A stretch of DNA of 64,000 bases, taken from Callorhinchus milii (lineage: Eukaryota). Positions 51,561 through 64,000 of this stretch are shown piece by piece; position 1 is the first letter of the stretch; every line of letters starts with the position of its first letter. The notes under the pieces were generated by a model that was not told where the DNA came from, ran no database searches, and saw only the letters and a program-made list of their open reading frames with translations. The stretch lies in NCBI RefSeq assembly GCF_018977255.1, contig NW_024704743.1, positions 91,266,001-91,330,000 of the forward strand. The letters are read 5' to 3'. The translations under genes were made by a program, and so were the position numbers.

Positions 51561-51919
51561 TGCAAATGCATTTATTTTTAATTAATGCAATAAAAAACGG
51601 TTATGCTGTATGAGTGAGATAACATGACAACACAATATCACTGAATCTATGTGCACAAACAGTACTAATTGTCTTACATTATGGTTTTGCATGCGAACGT
51701 CTAATTCAAATTTTTAACAATAGTTCCTGCATATCTGATCAGTCTGGTAAAATTCGGAAACTATGTAGGGGATTGAACTGTGACATCACTTAAATTCATA
51801 TGTTTGTGCCCATTAAGTGAAGGAATGATAATAATAATAATAATTCTTTTGATTTTCTTTTGATTTTCCATCATATTTGAATGAAACACGTCAAAGCGCT
51901 TCACAAGATTTACTACAAA

Positions 51920-52217
51920 GTGGTGGGGAACCAGAGGAAGTGGCCTGCGATTGAAGGGGGAAATTCAGAACGAATCTTCGTTAACACTGTTTCAGTGAGT
52001 GAACAGTGAACCTGTGGAACAGGCTCCCTAGGGAGACGGTTGAAGCAGGAAGTGTTGATTCTTTCAAACACTGATTAGATAGTTTCCTTTTAGGAAATAA
52101 CATTATGGGATATGGTACATAGGTAGTTTGGGACATATGTGCATGTGACCACCAGGAGGGTGGAAGGTGAACCAGATACACCTTGGTCTTTTCTCGTCTA
52201 GCATTTCTTATGTTCTT
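51920..52217 (+). mobile_element. CR1 3' end
   Basis: GGAACCAGAGG...CTGTGGAACAGGCTCCC... ending TTCTTATGTTCTTA; a reverse copy of this tail lies at 46520-46618. Confidence 0.65.
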
Positions 52218-52446
52218 ACAAAATGTAATGACTGTGTATTTTTAGGTGAATGTGCAGTCAATTTGCACATAATAATGCCCCACAAACAGCTATGATGTGA
52301 ATGACCAGTTTATTCTGGTGAATTGGTGGCCAGGATACTGGGAAAATTTCCTTGGAAATGAAAATACAATTCCAGTTTTGGTACCCAATAATAATAACAG
52401 GAATGGCCAGATTAATTATAGAATAATTGACATGCACCAGAGTACA

Positions 52447-52885
52447 TGTGTCAGACTGGCTCAGTTGGTAGCACCCTCACCTCTGAGTCAGAAGGTTATG
52501 GATTCAACTTCCACTTTGGACTTTTAACTCACATTTTAGGCTGGCAGGGTAATACATTGCTGGGAGTACACTGCATTGTTGGAGGCCGTCCTTCAGATGA
52601 GATGTTAACCCAAGGTGCTGTCTGCTTGTTCAGATGAACGTCAACAAACCCATGTCAATTTTTCAAAAGAAGGGAGTTTCTCTTGGTTTCCTGACTGACT
52701 GTCATCCATTTAAAATTGATCATTTGCTTCATGACGGTTTGTGCAATGTTGCTTTGTGCAAATATGATGCCACATTTGCCTACACAATGCACAGCCACTA
52801 CACTTCACAGTATATCCTGTGAAGTGCTTTGAGACGTCCACATGATGTAAAAGGTGCTATGTCAAATTCACTGAATATTATTATT
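52447..52885 (+). mobile_element. SINE family B
   Basis: GTGTCAGACTGGCTCAGTTGGTAGCAC head. Confidence 0.75.
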
Positions 52886-53487
52886 GCAGTGCAAAGAACC
52901 CTCTCCTACCCCTAATAATGATTGTTAGCTTTAATCGTAGAAGATCAATCTATTATTCCAAGTTAAATCTTCTATTTCTTGCACCATGCCACCCTATGGC
53001 ATCTTGTGTGTGATTACTTATCTTGTGCTTTGCCTTGAGCTTGCACCAATTAAGAACTGGGCTGACAATCTTATTTACGTCATTTGCAGTCAGCAGCGAA
53101 AAGAGCCGTCATGCCATCATTCTGGGCCACATTCAATTCCATGTGCCAGAGACAGTTTATCAACACACCAACAGTAAATTTCCATTACGATACACAAATT
53201 TTGCTCAACCTGACATTCTCATTTGTCCTAGTGTATTGGCTGCCTAGCTGTCCATAAATCATTTTTAATGGACCAGCAGGTGGCGAATGGGGCTACATGC
53301 ACCTCTAGCTGTCATCTCTTTCAGAGGGACTATGGGATTATGGTGCTAAGGTTTCTATCATTTGTGTTAGAAATGTCTTGCAGATATATGTGAGATTGTT
53401 ACTTGAAAGGGCTTTGAATGTAGATGTTCTTTAAGGTCAGGCATTGTCTTCTGTAAATATTGTACTGCATTTGCTATCCACCATTCA

Positions 53488-53890
53488 TGTGTCAACCTGG
53501 CTCAGTTGGTAGTATTTTCAACTCCTAGGCAGAAGCTTGTGGGTTCAAGCTCCACATTCAATGATCAAAGGACTTTAACCTCACAGTTTAATCAGACACT
53601 CCAATGCAGTGTTAGAGGTACTACCCTTTAGATAAGACTTTAAACCAAGGTCCAGACTGCCTGTTCAGGTGGATGTTGATGTTGATGGTGCTATTTGACA
53701 AGAGAAGGGAGTTTCTCCAGTCCTGGACAACAATCCCCTAAATAAAATTGGTCTTTCACAAAATGGCTGTTTGTGGACATTGCTGTGTGTAAATTGGTCA
53801 CACTTCACATTAAAAAAATCACGTGAACTGCTTTCAGATGTCTCAACGAAGTGATAAGGCACTATATCAAATACAAGGGTTATTATTTAT
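53488..53890 (+). mobile_element. SINE family B
   Basis: Full-length degenerate copy. Confidence 0.75.
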
Positions 53891-56379
53891 TATTTAATGT
53901 ATTGTAAAGCAAATGAAGGTTGCTGAAGAGTTTTCTTTTTTATATAATAAAACTAAAAAGGTGATGGGGGAAGGTGAGAGGAAAGTGTTACAAATTATAT
54001 TGAGAATGGATACTCATTAGGACTGTAACATTTGCTAATGACTCACCAAGCTGTGCAGTCAGAAGATTAATGTAAGGGAGATCGATAGAATTGAAATGGA
54101 TCTGGTTAAATTAAATGGAGAATATGCTAAAGCCTGCCAGATGTTTCTTTTATGGATAGTTGTCTATGTGTTAGAAGAGGAAATGCAAAATATGTATGCA
54201 ATGGATGAAAGTCCATTAGCAAAGGTGAAAAGGTTTGTGCTGTCATATTGACAATTCTCTGAGGATCACCCGAGGCTGCTCACAGCCAGGCAATCAAGTG
54301 CTGCAATGGATTCCAAAAATATTGATTATGAATTTAAACAGAATATTTTAACTTTGTAGAAACTTATTGGTAAAGTCAGATTTTGAGAATTTGGGTCAAA
54401 AACACAACAATTTCAAATGGGATTCCTTAACTATGGAATCCTTGTAGTACTGTACTGTACATCACACTGACTAGGGGGAATGCCACTCGGTTAGCTAGTA
54501 GATTGTTTTGGAGTGAGTTTCTGTGAGCCCAGTGTGCCGTGCATACCAGTTCTTTAATTAAGGATCCTCTTTTAATTCACTGTGTTTTAACTAGTAATGC
54601 ACAACAATTTGATTTTATAATGTAGGCTAATCCTTAATGCTGTAGTATTAAGGAGTTCTGTATAGTTGCCGATTGCTGCCTTCGGGTATGATTTTACTTT
54701 TGACTTTGGTCGTATCTCGTGGTTTAGGTAGACATTAACAATCACTCAGTTCTATTTTGAAGTCTTGGCAGTTCCTCTGGTATTCTTGCCAATATTCATC
54801 ACAAACTGAAGCATTGGTCTATTACCTTATTGGTATTTGTGGGACCTTGCTGGTGAAGATTAGTTGCCTTATGTGATTACATAACAGTCACTGTCCTACA
54901 AAGTAATGCTTTGTGGTTCAAAGTGTTATATTTGCTAATTGTGATATCTGTTTTGGGAATACGGATTGTGACATTGCCCAAAGGAGCGATTTGCAAATTC
55001 CCAGGCTGAAAACGTCCAGAAAAAGGCTTGTGGCAAAAATACTAGTGGGAACAGCCAGTGTTTTTATTGTGACTTAGTCGGCTCTCACTAGCATTCACAT
55101 GTATCTTGTAACTCATGTTTGTAAACCAAAAGTTGCAATTAGTGACTTGATTTACAATTTATGACTATCGCATTTCTAACCCTATTTGCGAAATGCTTTG
55201 AGACACTATGAATGTGATAAGGCATTATATCAAATACGTTTTATAATTGGACCATATGGTCACAAAGTAAAATACTCAAGTATAAAAATTAACAAGCCTT
55301 AAGAAACTTGAGATTAAGATATAATAATTAGAAATGTCACATAACAAACACTCGGGAGCAGGAAGATTTAAAATATGAGACATATGGAACAGATTCCTAG
55401 CAAAACTTTGAAATGGTATTAACTTTTGAGAAAAGAGCTAGATAAATATCTGTTCATGACTGGAATTATAGGTAAAATGAATAAGGATAGAGATGAAAAT
55501 GGACTATGGACATTTGTGTGTTGAATAATAAATAACTTGCATGTTTGTAGAGCAGACTCAGATCAAAACATCTCAGTGCTTTTTGAATAATTACTACCAA
55601 GATCAATGACTGCTTTTGTAGATAAATGGAGTAGCCAGCGAGGTCTCACAGAGAGTCATGAGGATAATGACATTTAATGTTGATGATTATTGGTCAAAAC
55701 ACTGTGTGAAACTTCCTTCTCCTTTTGATTAGTGTCATAGTAATCCTGCTTTTGATATAACCCTCACTCTTACCTTTGTTGCCTCCTGACTTAACTTATT
55801 TAATGCACTCCTCGCTGGTCTCCATACAAACCAGCTTATGCAAAATTCCACCATCCTTATTGTTACCCACACTAAAGTCAGTACATCCATCACTATCCTC
55901 GATAGGCTTCCCTGCCTTACTGCCTCCCAAATGCATGAATTTCAAGTTCCTCACCTTCACCTATACATCCCTTTGCACCATAGCACATTCCTATCTCTGT
56001 GATCTCTGCTTGCTGCCTCCCCTCACTAACTGAGACCTGCTGTGCATCTTTGTCCCCTCCATGCCATTATTAGTACCTGAATCATCAGCAATCATGACCC
56101 TAGCCTCTGGAACTCTCTCCTTCTACCCCTCCACCTTGCCTTCCTCTCTATCTGTCTTTAAATGCTAGCTAAATACCAAACTCATAGACTGAGTCTATGG
56201 CCACAACCCTCTCTCCCCCTCCTCCCTTACTCAGCATCTGACTGCATCATTGTGACCTACACTGAAACATTATTCTGTGTGAATGTTGCTATACATTGGA
56301 GCTCCCTGTCTCTAACCCCCTCCCCTGCCTTTACCCCTCTTTAACTCACACCTCAAAACCAATGGTTCCAATGGTCGTG

Positions 56380-56637
56380 ACCTCCTCCCACAAACAGCCA
56401 TGAAGTGAATTCCATTTTCAAATAGTGCCATAGCTTCTTTAATGTGTGTCTGTACAGGCAGATAGGACCTCGGTTTAATATTTCATCTGGAAAATGGCAC
56501 ATCTGACATGTAGCACTTCCCCAACATTGCCCTGGAGTATTAGCCTAGACTGCGAACTCATAGTCTGACGTGGGGCTTGAACCCAAGAATTTCTGTGTCG
56601 GAGGCAAGAGTGCTTCCAACTGAGCCAGGCTAACAAC
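56380..56637 (-). mobile_element. SINE family B
   Basis: Reverse head and core. Confidence 0.7.
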
Positions 56638-57569
56638 TACTAAGGTATACTAAATTGTGCACTAAACACATTGAACAAGCTGGCTCATTTTGCAGTTTTG
56701 AACTTGAAAGTATTTTGCAAGAAAGATGCAGAGTCATGGAATTTAAATACATTTTGAATAGTGTTGGTCATGAGGTGACATTACTCTAATCTACTATATA
56801 TATATAAAATATATATAGAGAAAGAGAGATAGATTTTGGAAAAACAGTAATATTATACATCAAAAGTGCAGTATTCTGAGAGAAGTTCATTGAACATGTA
56901 TTGGAATTTCATTACTACCTTACCGTTAATAATAGCACAATCTACAATATGAAATATTAATGCACCGGAATGCTTTTTAGGCAGGTTGACGAGCTGAAAG
57001 ATGCAGTGGTTTAGGGTAAGACTTTTGACTTATGAATGGTAACTTATCTGATAATGGCATTAATATTGTATTTATGTGCCAGAGGTAACATCATTTGAAG
57101 GAATCATGTTAGTGGGAACAGTAATCAGTTGTAATATGTGAATGAATATAAATGCATTACATTGGTTTCTGCGTCTATGGAGAGTGAGACAAATCTGCCA
57201 GTATTTGTATATTTATATATTTTTAGTACTTTATACACAGTTAGTTGGAAATAGTCCATCAGGTTGGGATATCAGTTTCAATGCTGTCTTTTCTGTCCTA
57301 AGTCAGTTTATCCTCCATTATTTCATTGATTTTTTGGGATAATTTATCCCTTAAAGTCATTTTTTAATATCTGGAATTGATAATTCTATCTGTTCTTTTT
57401 ATACATGATTCAAATATTAGTCCTTTTTGCCAACATCGAGGCACACAGCTTTCTCATTTGATCTCATCCTTCCAGATTATCCAACCTATGTCCACTTGTC
57501 ACAGCATCGAGCTGTGTATTAAGTGAGTCCAGCTACCCTTCCTTGTAACCCGTTTCAGGCATCAATTAA

Positions 57570-57830
57570 CAACAACTAGCGTCTCAGAGCATCAGAGCCC
57601 TTAACAGAATGCTTAACTCTGAGCCGGGATGGGGGGTTGTGGGGGAGGTGGCTGTAAACACGGTCAAAGAGGAAAGTTTTCAGGAGGGACTTCAAAAAGG
57701 GGAGAGAGGGGACAAGGCAGAGGAATTGAGGGAGAGTGTTCCAGAGTTTTGGCGTGTAATGGCGTGACCTCTGATGGTGGCACTGAGGGTGTGAGGGATG
57801 AGCAGGAGGCCGGTGCCAATTGAGCAGAGG
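57570..57830 (-). mobile_element. Old L2 3' fragment
   Basis: Degenerate match to the other L2 tails. Confidence 0.5.
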
Positions 57831-57849
57831 TGGTGGTGGTTGGTGAGTG

Positions 57850-58110
57850 AGGTAAAGAAATACTTCCTAATGCTTGTCCTGAAATTAGCCTGTTCAATCC
57901 TAAACCTGTGTTCTGCTATCTCAGTACATATGAAATAATTGTTCTGGGCTTACTTTCTCAATCCTATTTAAAATCTTGTGCACCTCTATAAGATCCCCAC
58001 TGAGACATCAACTCTCAAGACTGCAGAGCCCTAGCTTATCTATTATTGTTCATAGCTCATTCCATTAACATTGTGATCATCCTTGTTGCTCTCCTCTGCA
58101 CTGTCTCTCT
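57850..58110 (-). mobile_element. Old CR1 fragment
   Basis: Reverse-strand similarity to the CR1 LFSLE/RGDLIEVHKI region. Confidence 0.55.
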
Positions 58111-58124
58111 GATCTGTGGGTTAG

Positions 58125-58495
58125 AAGGTTGTGGGTTCAAGTCCCATGTCTGGACTTAAAAACTCGCAGTCTTGGCTGATCCTTTAGTGCTAGGTTCTTG
58201 GAGGTGCTCACCTTTGGATACAAAATCCAATCAAGGTCATATCTGCATGTTCTGTTGCATGTTAAAAATTCTATTAGCATAATTGAAAAGAGAAGAGTAT
58301 CAATTCCAGTATCCTGACGGACAATCCCCAGATAAATTGATCATTGAGTCGATGGATGTTTGAGGGACATTGTTGTAGGTAAATTGGCTGCTATGTGTCC
58401 TTACAAATGCATAGTCACTACACTTGACTGCAATATGCTGTGAAGTGCTTTGTGACATTTTGATGCCAAAACCACCATATCAAATATTATTATAC
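58125..58495 (+). mobile_element. SINE family B (old)
   Basis: Degenerate head, core and tail. Confidence 0.6.
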
Positions 58496-58790
58496 ATCAT
58501 AGTTATTGCCATTAGTTAAAATCACTTTTATTTTAAATCCATTATATTCCTTATGGAATACCAGGAGATCTCAACTCTCGCCTCGAATTTCACATTCTGA
58601 TATCTCTGTTTCGTTCCTTCATTGATTATTACATTATTTTCCAATTCCCCACATAAACCAGCATCCCAGAGAAATAAATCATTCATTATGAGGATCGGTA
58701 TTTTGTGCAGCCTGATATTAATCAGTTTTTACCAAATTGATTTTTTAAAAAAGTCTAAAAATAGCCTCGCATTTGATATAGCACCTTTCA

Positions 58791-59091
58791 TAATAATAAT
58801 AATCCTTGCATTTGATATCGTGCTTTTCACGTCGGGAGGACGTCCCAAAGCGCTTCACAGAACACACTGTAAAGTGAATTGACTGTATATTTGTGGACAA
58901 ACGCGGCAGCCAATTGCGCACAGCGATGTCCCACAAACAGTCATGGATTGAAAATGACCAATTTATTATTGTTGTTTTTTGGAGCGATTATTATTAGGCG
59001 TGTGGAGTAAGGAAACTTGCCCAAGGTTTCACCTGCCTGGAATTGAACTCAGGTCTCGCTTGCAAAGCGAGTGCTCTAACCACTGACTCCA
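58791..59091 (-). mobile_element. SINE family A, short form
   Basis: Full head, body and tail on the minus strand. Confidence 0.88.
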
Positions 59092-60008
59092 CGCTGAGTG
59101 CAATATTTGCACTTTGACTAAAATAATATATTATCAATTATTTAAGATCATAAGAAAATATGAAATGAGCAAATGATCTAATTTGCTCCATGAAACCCAC
59201 TCCTTCCCCATAATACATAGAATCTAATCTTTGTGGAGTTTTACCCAATTTATCTAATCTCCTGAGGAAATGTTCTGCAAAATTTCCTTCAGTAGAGTAA
59301 ATCAAATAAGACTAGGATATTATCCTCCTTAACCTTTTAACCCTACATTATTTATGCCTGATACCTTCCTAACCATAACATGTCCATGCTCTCAGTAGCA
59401 CAGGAATCTTGATGTTACACATAGCATTCTCTCTGTATGTATCCTATAACCTCAATCAGTCATATAGCTAGTCAGATATCCCATCACTGACCGAGAACAT
59501 TGGTCTTCAGCCTCGACCATTAAACCCTATCTGGCACACTTTTCCAGTAGTAATGCACTCTGTTATTGGATGCAGGTCACTCCTATCTGCTTCAGTATTA
59601 TTAAATCTGGTTTAAATCAAACACTCTCTGCCACGTATATTAAAAGCATTCAATTTTTCTCCCCAAATCCCCCACTTCACCCCTTCTTTTCTTTCAAATC
59701 CCAACTAATGACTTACCTCTTCGAGTGCTCTTTCAGTCACCACTCTCCCCATTCTCCCTCCTAGCTCTGGCTCTCACTCAGACTTTATAAAGTGCTTTGA
59801 AATGTTCTTCCAATGTGAAGGACACTGTATAAATGTAACTTGTTCGATTCCACTTTCTTTGTAAACAAAACGTAAAAAATAGCCTTGTGTAATCAAAGCA
59901 GAACTGTATCACTTGTGCATGGCGTAAAATGATATCTTCTCGCTGGGATTGCCATCCCATTCGAAAATAAATGTGTTTGAATTACAAATCATCAGAACTC
60001 TGTTATTG

Positions 60009-60150
60009 AATTCTGACAAAAGGTCATAGACCTGAAATGTTAACTAATTTTCATCTCTCAATAGATGTTGCCTGACCTGCTGCGTGTTCCCAGCGATTTC
60101 TGTTTTATATATGTTTCAGATTTCCAGCATCTGCAGTATTTTGCTTTTCA
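60009..60150 (+). mobile_element. Penelope-like fragment with degenerate hammerhead motif
   Basis: Reverse-complement homolog of 6231-6366; core reads CTGACAA-A-AGGTC-ATA-GACCT-GAAA-TGTT-AACT. Confidence 0.6.
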
Positions 60151-60206
60151 TTTATTATGTATTGAAATGTTTGAGGATCAAAGTATACTAATTGTCAATA
60201 CTTTAC

Positions 60207-60569
60207 CTTATATGTTCGATGTAGATGGGGCTCTTTGAATCTAAGTACTATGAGGCAGGTACAGACAAGTGCAATGAGAAACCACGAGGTAAAGCCAGAA
60301 TAATTGGTCAGCATTAATAGTGTCGTTGGGATGATAAATATGATTGAAAGGATGGTATTGAATTTATGGCTGACACTGGTGTTGGTCGATGAGTGTTTAC
60401 ATAGAAAAAATAATGGGTAGATGCCCTTCTCTGCTAATAGCAAAGTTCAATCGGGCTTTTGCAAATATGGTGCTGTTAATGGATCGAAAGGTTGAGATGG
60501 AGATGGACAGAGGAATAATCCAGGAATAGGCCTGAATCACTCTGTCAGCCCATGTGACTGCCACAGCAC
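60207..60569 (-). pseudogene. SLC7A13/Slc7a12-like exon 3, frameshifted
   Basis: AVAVTWADRVIQAYSWIIPLSISISTFRSINSTIFAKARLNFAISREGHLPIIFSM* then, after restoring two missing bases, (L)NTHRPTPVSAI/FNTILSIIFIIP...LRFKEPHLHRTYK. The 363-nt length is incompatible with phase 1-to-0 joining. Confidence 0.8.
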
Positions 60570-62304
60570 CTGTAATAAAGATGGTAAGTGAGGGTCTGAC
60601 TTGTAATCAAGATAAGATATAAATTAGCTGTGTGAGTCAGATATTGCTATGGGTCAAACGTTGTGGTAACCCAGATATTGCTATCATCTGTAGGAGTCCA
60701 TGCTAAATTAATTTCTTACAGATTTGCGCATTATGTTCATGTGTCATGTACAGTTTAATATATTTTGATTTATTTATTTTGACTCTTCCTACATCACACA
60801 TTTGATCCTGAATTAAAGAATAGGTATGTAAGCTGTTTTCGAACTCAGTAGAGCCCACTAGGGCCAACCATTACAAGGTGTCCGAGAAATGAAGAAAATA
60901 CTATGGCTTCTAATGATCCTACCCATTGTTTGGTTACATGATGCTTCACATTCACTTGCTCGATTGCCTTTCCTGTCTAGCTGAGATTGGAAGCTCCCTA
61001 GAGACCAATGTCTGATTGAAACTCATTGGAGCGAAATAGTGACATGTGGATGTGTTCATTAACATTGGTGATAACTAATTTTGAGATACTTAAGGCATTG
61101 TTGGAAATCTGTAGCAGCCAATTTTGATGTTTTTAATTTTCACAGAATGTTAGCGTATGAGAATTTTGAGGTGAACTTTCTTCCAATCACTACTTTGTGT
61201 GAGAAACATAAGTTCTTTTCATCATCTCATTTGAAAAAAAACAGCCAAGGATTTTGATAACTATATGCAGCACAGATAATACATACTGGTACTGGTTTAT
61301 TTTTCTTCCCACTTTTGATGGTCCTGATTCATTCAGTCAATTCACTTTATAATATATTCTGTGAAGCGCTTTGAGACGTCTAGAAGACGTGATAAGGCTC
61401 TATATCAAATGCAAGGATTATTATTATTATTACTCGGGTTATTATGTGGGACAATATCCCAATCTCCAGTCTTTCTTGAGCCTTGTTGATTTTAAGCCTA
61501 TATTCTCAAGTTCTGCTCTCACAGTCCCAGTCAAATAGTTTATCTTCATGTTCACAAGCCGTTATTGACTGTATTATGACGTTGAAGGTGACAATCACAA
61601 TCTATGTTGGAGTGCTAAATAACTCTGATGATCATTCTCACCTGGTTGATAAATGCAGTTTGTGAGATCATTTTAGAGGTAAATTGATTATTCGCTTTCT
61701 GGCTGTTTGTGGGACATTGCTGTGTGTAAATTGGCTGCTGTATTTGCCTACAACATACACAATAACTAAAGACAGTGTAACTGTATACCAGTCCAACTCA
61801 ATCACAGTGGTTGGGTTGGTAGTCAGTCCACGCTGACATTGTCACTTCTTATCCACAGATTGAAATGTGAGTTCACTAGACACAACTTTTAAGCCATGTC
61901 TAGTGTTAAGCCTGTCCAATCACAGGTCACAATTATCACTCCACTATCTTTGGACATGCCATCTAGTGATGTCAACAACAACAAATTACACTTGTATAGC
62001 GCCCTTTACCCGAAGGCATGGTCAAAGAGAAAGGTCTTTGGACGGGACTTGAAGGAGGCAAGAGAGGGGTTGAGGCAGAGGGATTGCGGGATAGAGTTCC
62101 AGAGTGTGGGGGCAGAAACGCCTACAAATACACAGTCACTACAGTAAATCCTGTGAAGCATTGAGACATCTTCCCAATGTGAAAGTTCTGTATGGTATGT
62201 AACGATTAATATTGTTATTATTCTAATAAGTGTGAAAATATTCTCAGAGCCAGCTGCTGCTGTTTCACGAACATGTTTGTATATTGCAAGCTGCAGTCTG
62301 TTAC

Positions 62305-62436
62305 CTGATGAGACAATTTCCTTTGGTGTCAGTACAGTCAGATAGGAGATATTCATCAACATGTAAAACACCGTCACACTGAGCATGGATGTTATTATGC
62401 AGCGTGGAATATTCTTGGCTGGATTGTTCAGCTCCT
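62305..62436 (-). CDS. SLC7A13/Slc7a12-like exon 2 (132 nt)
   Basis: EELNNPAKNIPRCIITSMLSVTVFYMLMNISYLTVLTPKEIVSS versus SLC7A13 ELKKPRTTIPKCIFT...VNISYLTVLTPREILSS. Confidence 0.92.
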
Positions 62437-62959
62437 CTGAAAAACAGAATGAAAAATACAACAGTTTCCAGCTCTTCCCTGCAGCGAGAGAATTGTGCTA
62501 ATTTATTAGGAGGCAAAAGAGCAATCCTCTGTAACACTTTCACTTGGAAACCATCTGACAAGAATAGTCACACTTTTAGGATACAAAACGTGCTTTTTCA
62601 GTAATTGCTACTCAATTTTGTCACAGTGTCCGTTCCTAAAGAATGGTAATTTCCACCTTTGGCCCTGACACTTTTGCCTGGGATGATGATCTGTAGGCTA
62701 ATGTTGCTACCATTGATTTTGGTATGTTACTGCTGGCAGTAATCCAATACTTAAAGTAATTACTCCTATTCTGTATTCACACTGTGAGCCTTCTACCGGT
62801 TTTCAAAGAATATCACATGTTGATTAAAATGTCAACCATAGCAGATATTAGCTGGGGAATCTGGCTGAAATAAATGAGAAATTTATTGTCTCACTGAAAT
62901 AGTGTCAGGGCATATCACCCGTGTTTATCACAATTGGAATAGAGTTAACCAATACGTGG

Positions 62960-63530
62960 CTATCAGCCTGACTCAGTTGCTAGCACTCTCAACTCTGAGT
63001 CAACTGATTGTGGGTTCAAGCCCCAACTCAGACTTTTTGCTCATACGACGTGCAATTCTGGGGGAGCATTCCATTGTTGGAGGTGCCGTCCTTTAGATGA
63101 GATATTAAACTGAACTGCTGTCTACCTGTTCAGGTGAACTGTAAAGATTTCATGGCACTATTCAAAAAGAGAAAGGAGTTTCTTCCAGTGTCCCTGGCCA
63201 TCAATCCTTTAAATAAAACTGTTTGCAGCATGTACCTACAAAATAACTAGTCAATATATCCAGATTATCCATTTTACAGCATATAATTGCATAATAATTC
63301 TTGCATTTGATAGTGCCTTATTTTGTCATTGAGATGTCTCAAAGTGTTTTAACATCTACCTGAACAGACAGACAGGAAACCAGTCCTGAAGATTGGCACC
63401 TGTGCCAACATAGCACACACCTAGCACCGCGTTGGAGTGTCAGCATAGACTATATGGGTTCCAAGACCCAATTTATGAACCCACAACCTTCTGACTCATA
63501 GGCGAGAGAATGAAACTAAGCCAGGCTGAC
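62960..63530. mobile_element. Two SINE family B copies in tail-to-tail inverted orientation
   Basis: Plus copy 62960-63250 and minus copy 63290-63530. Confidence 0.65.
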
Positions 63531-63866
63531 CCATCCTGTGAAGTGTATTAAGATGTCCTCCTGAAAGGCCTATATCAAATATTCTATATTCTATGACACT
63601 ATATTGTGTTTGATGTGTACACTGATTCCAAAATGTTGATTGGAGAGTTACAAAATGATCCTCTTCTGAAGCCTATCATCCTCACACCTCCACTTTGAGT
63701 ATTATGATAATCTATTAAACATAGATCAATTCAAATTTCATATGAATATTTTGTGGTATTAGATTCTATTAGTACACCGTGATAGTATTTTGTTACACTA
63801 AGCATCCATTCTGACCTTAGGACAATACTGAAAGCATTCCACTGTCAATTACAATTCTTCCCTTAC

Positions 63867-64000
63867 CTGAAAGATAATTGACTGTATTCCAGCCTCCATA
63901 GGCCCAGAGTCCTTGATAAAAGGCTTCTCCAATCTGAGACACACTGGGAATGTCTCCACTGAAAGCGTTGGTCAGGTTCTCTGTTCTTCCCATTGCAATA
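63867..64000 (-). CDS. SLC7A13/Slc7a12-like transporter, 3' end of large first exon (truncated by window)
   Basis: IAMGRTENLTNAFSGDIPSVSQIGEAFYQGLWAYGGWNTVNYLS carries the LAT-family TM6 motif (GLWAYxGWN); donor CAG|GTAAGG. Confidence 0.9.

Overview
Eukaryotic (vertebrate) genomic DNA. The SINE/L2/CR1/Penelope repeat mix suggests a cartilaginous fish, probably a chimaera (inference). The minus strand carries the 5' half of LRRCC1: a non-coding first exon in a CpG island with an RFX X-box at ~38.3-38.9 kb, then seven phase-consistent coding exons from 28.6 kb to 7.35 kb, continuing beyond the left edge. Upstream on the same strand are three exons of an SLC7A13/Slc7a12-type amino-acid transporter gene whose third exon has two 1-bp deletions and a premature stop. 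Notable structures: a ~3.4-kb poly-C/G minisatellite starting ~10 nt into LRRCC1 intron 1 and seeded from an unclassified dispersed element; a decayed ~5-kb duplicate of the LRRCC1 first coding exon region with a nonsense codon; Penelope-type fragments with hammerhead-ribozyme motifs, one intact and sense within an LRRCC1 intron; a ~230-nt cloverleaf palindromic element; a foldback L2 hairpin beside exon 3; and a chimeric templated insertion. No CRISPR or prokaryotic system is present. Repeat boundaries are approximate (read by eye).
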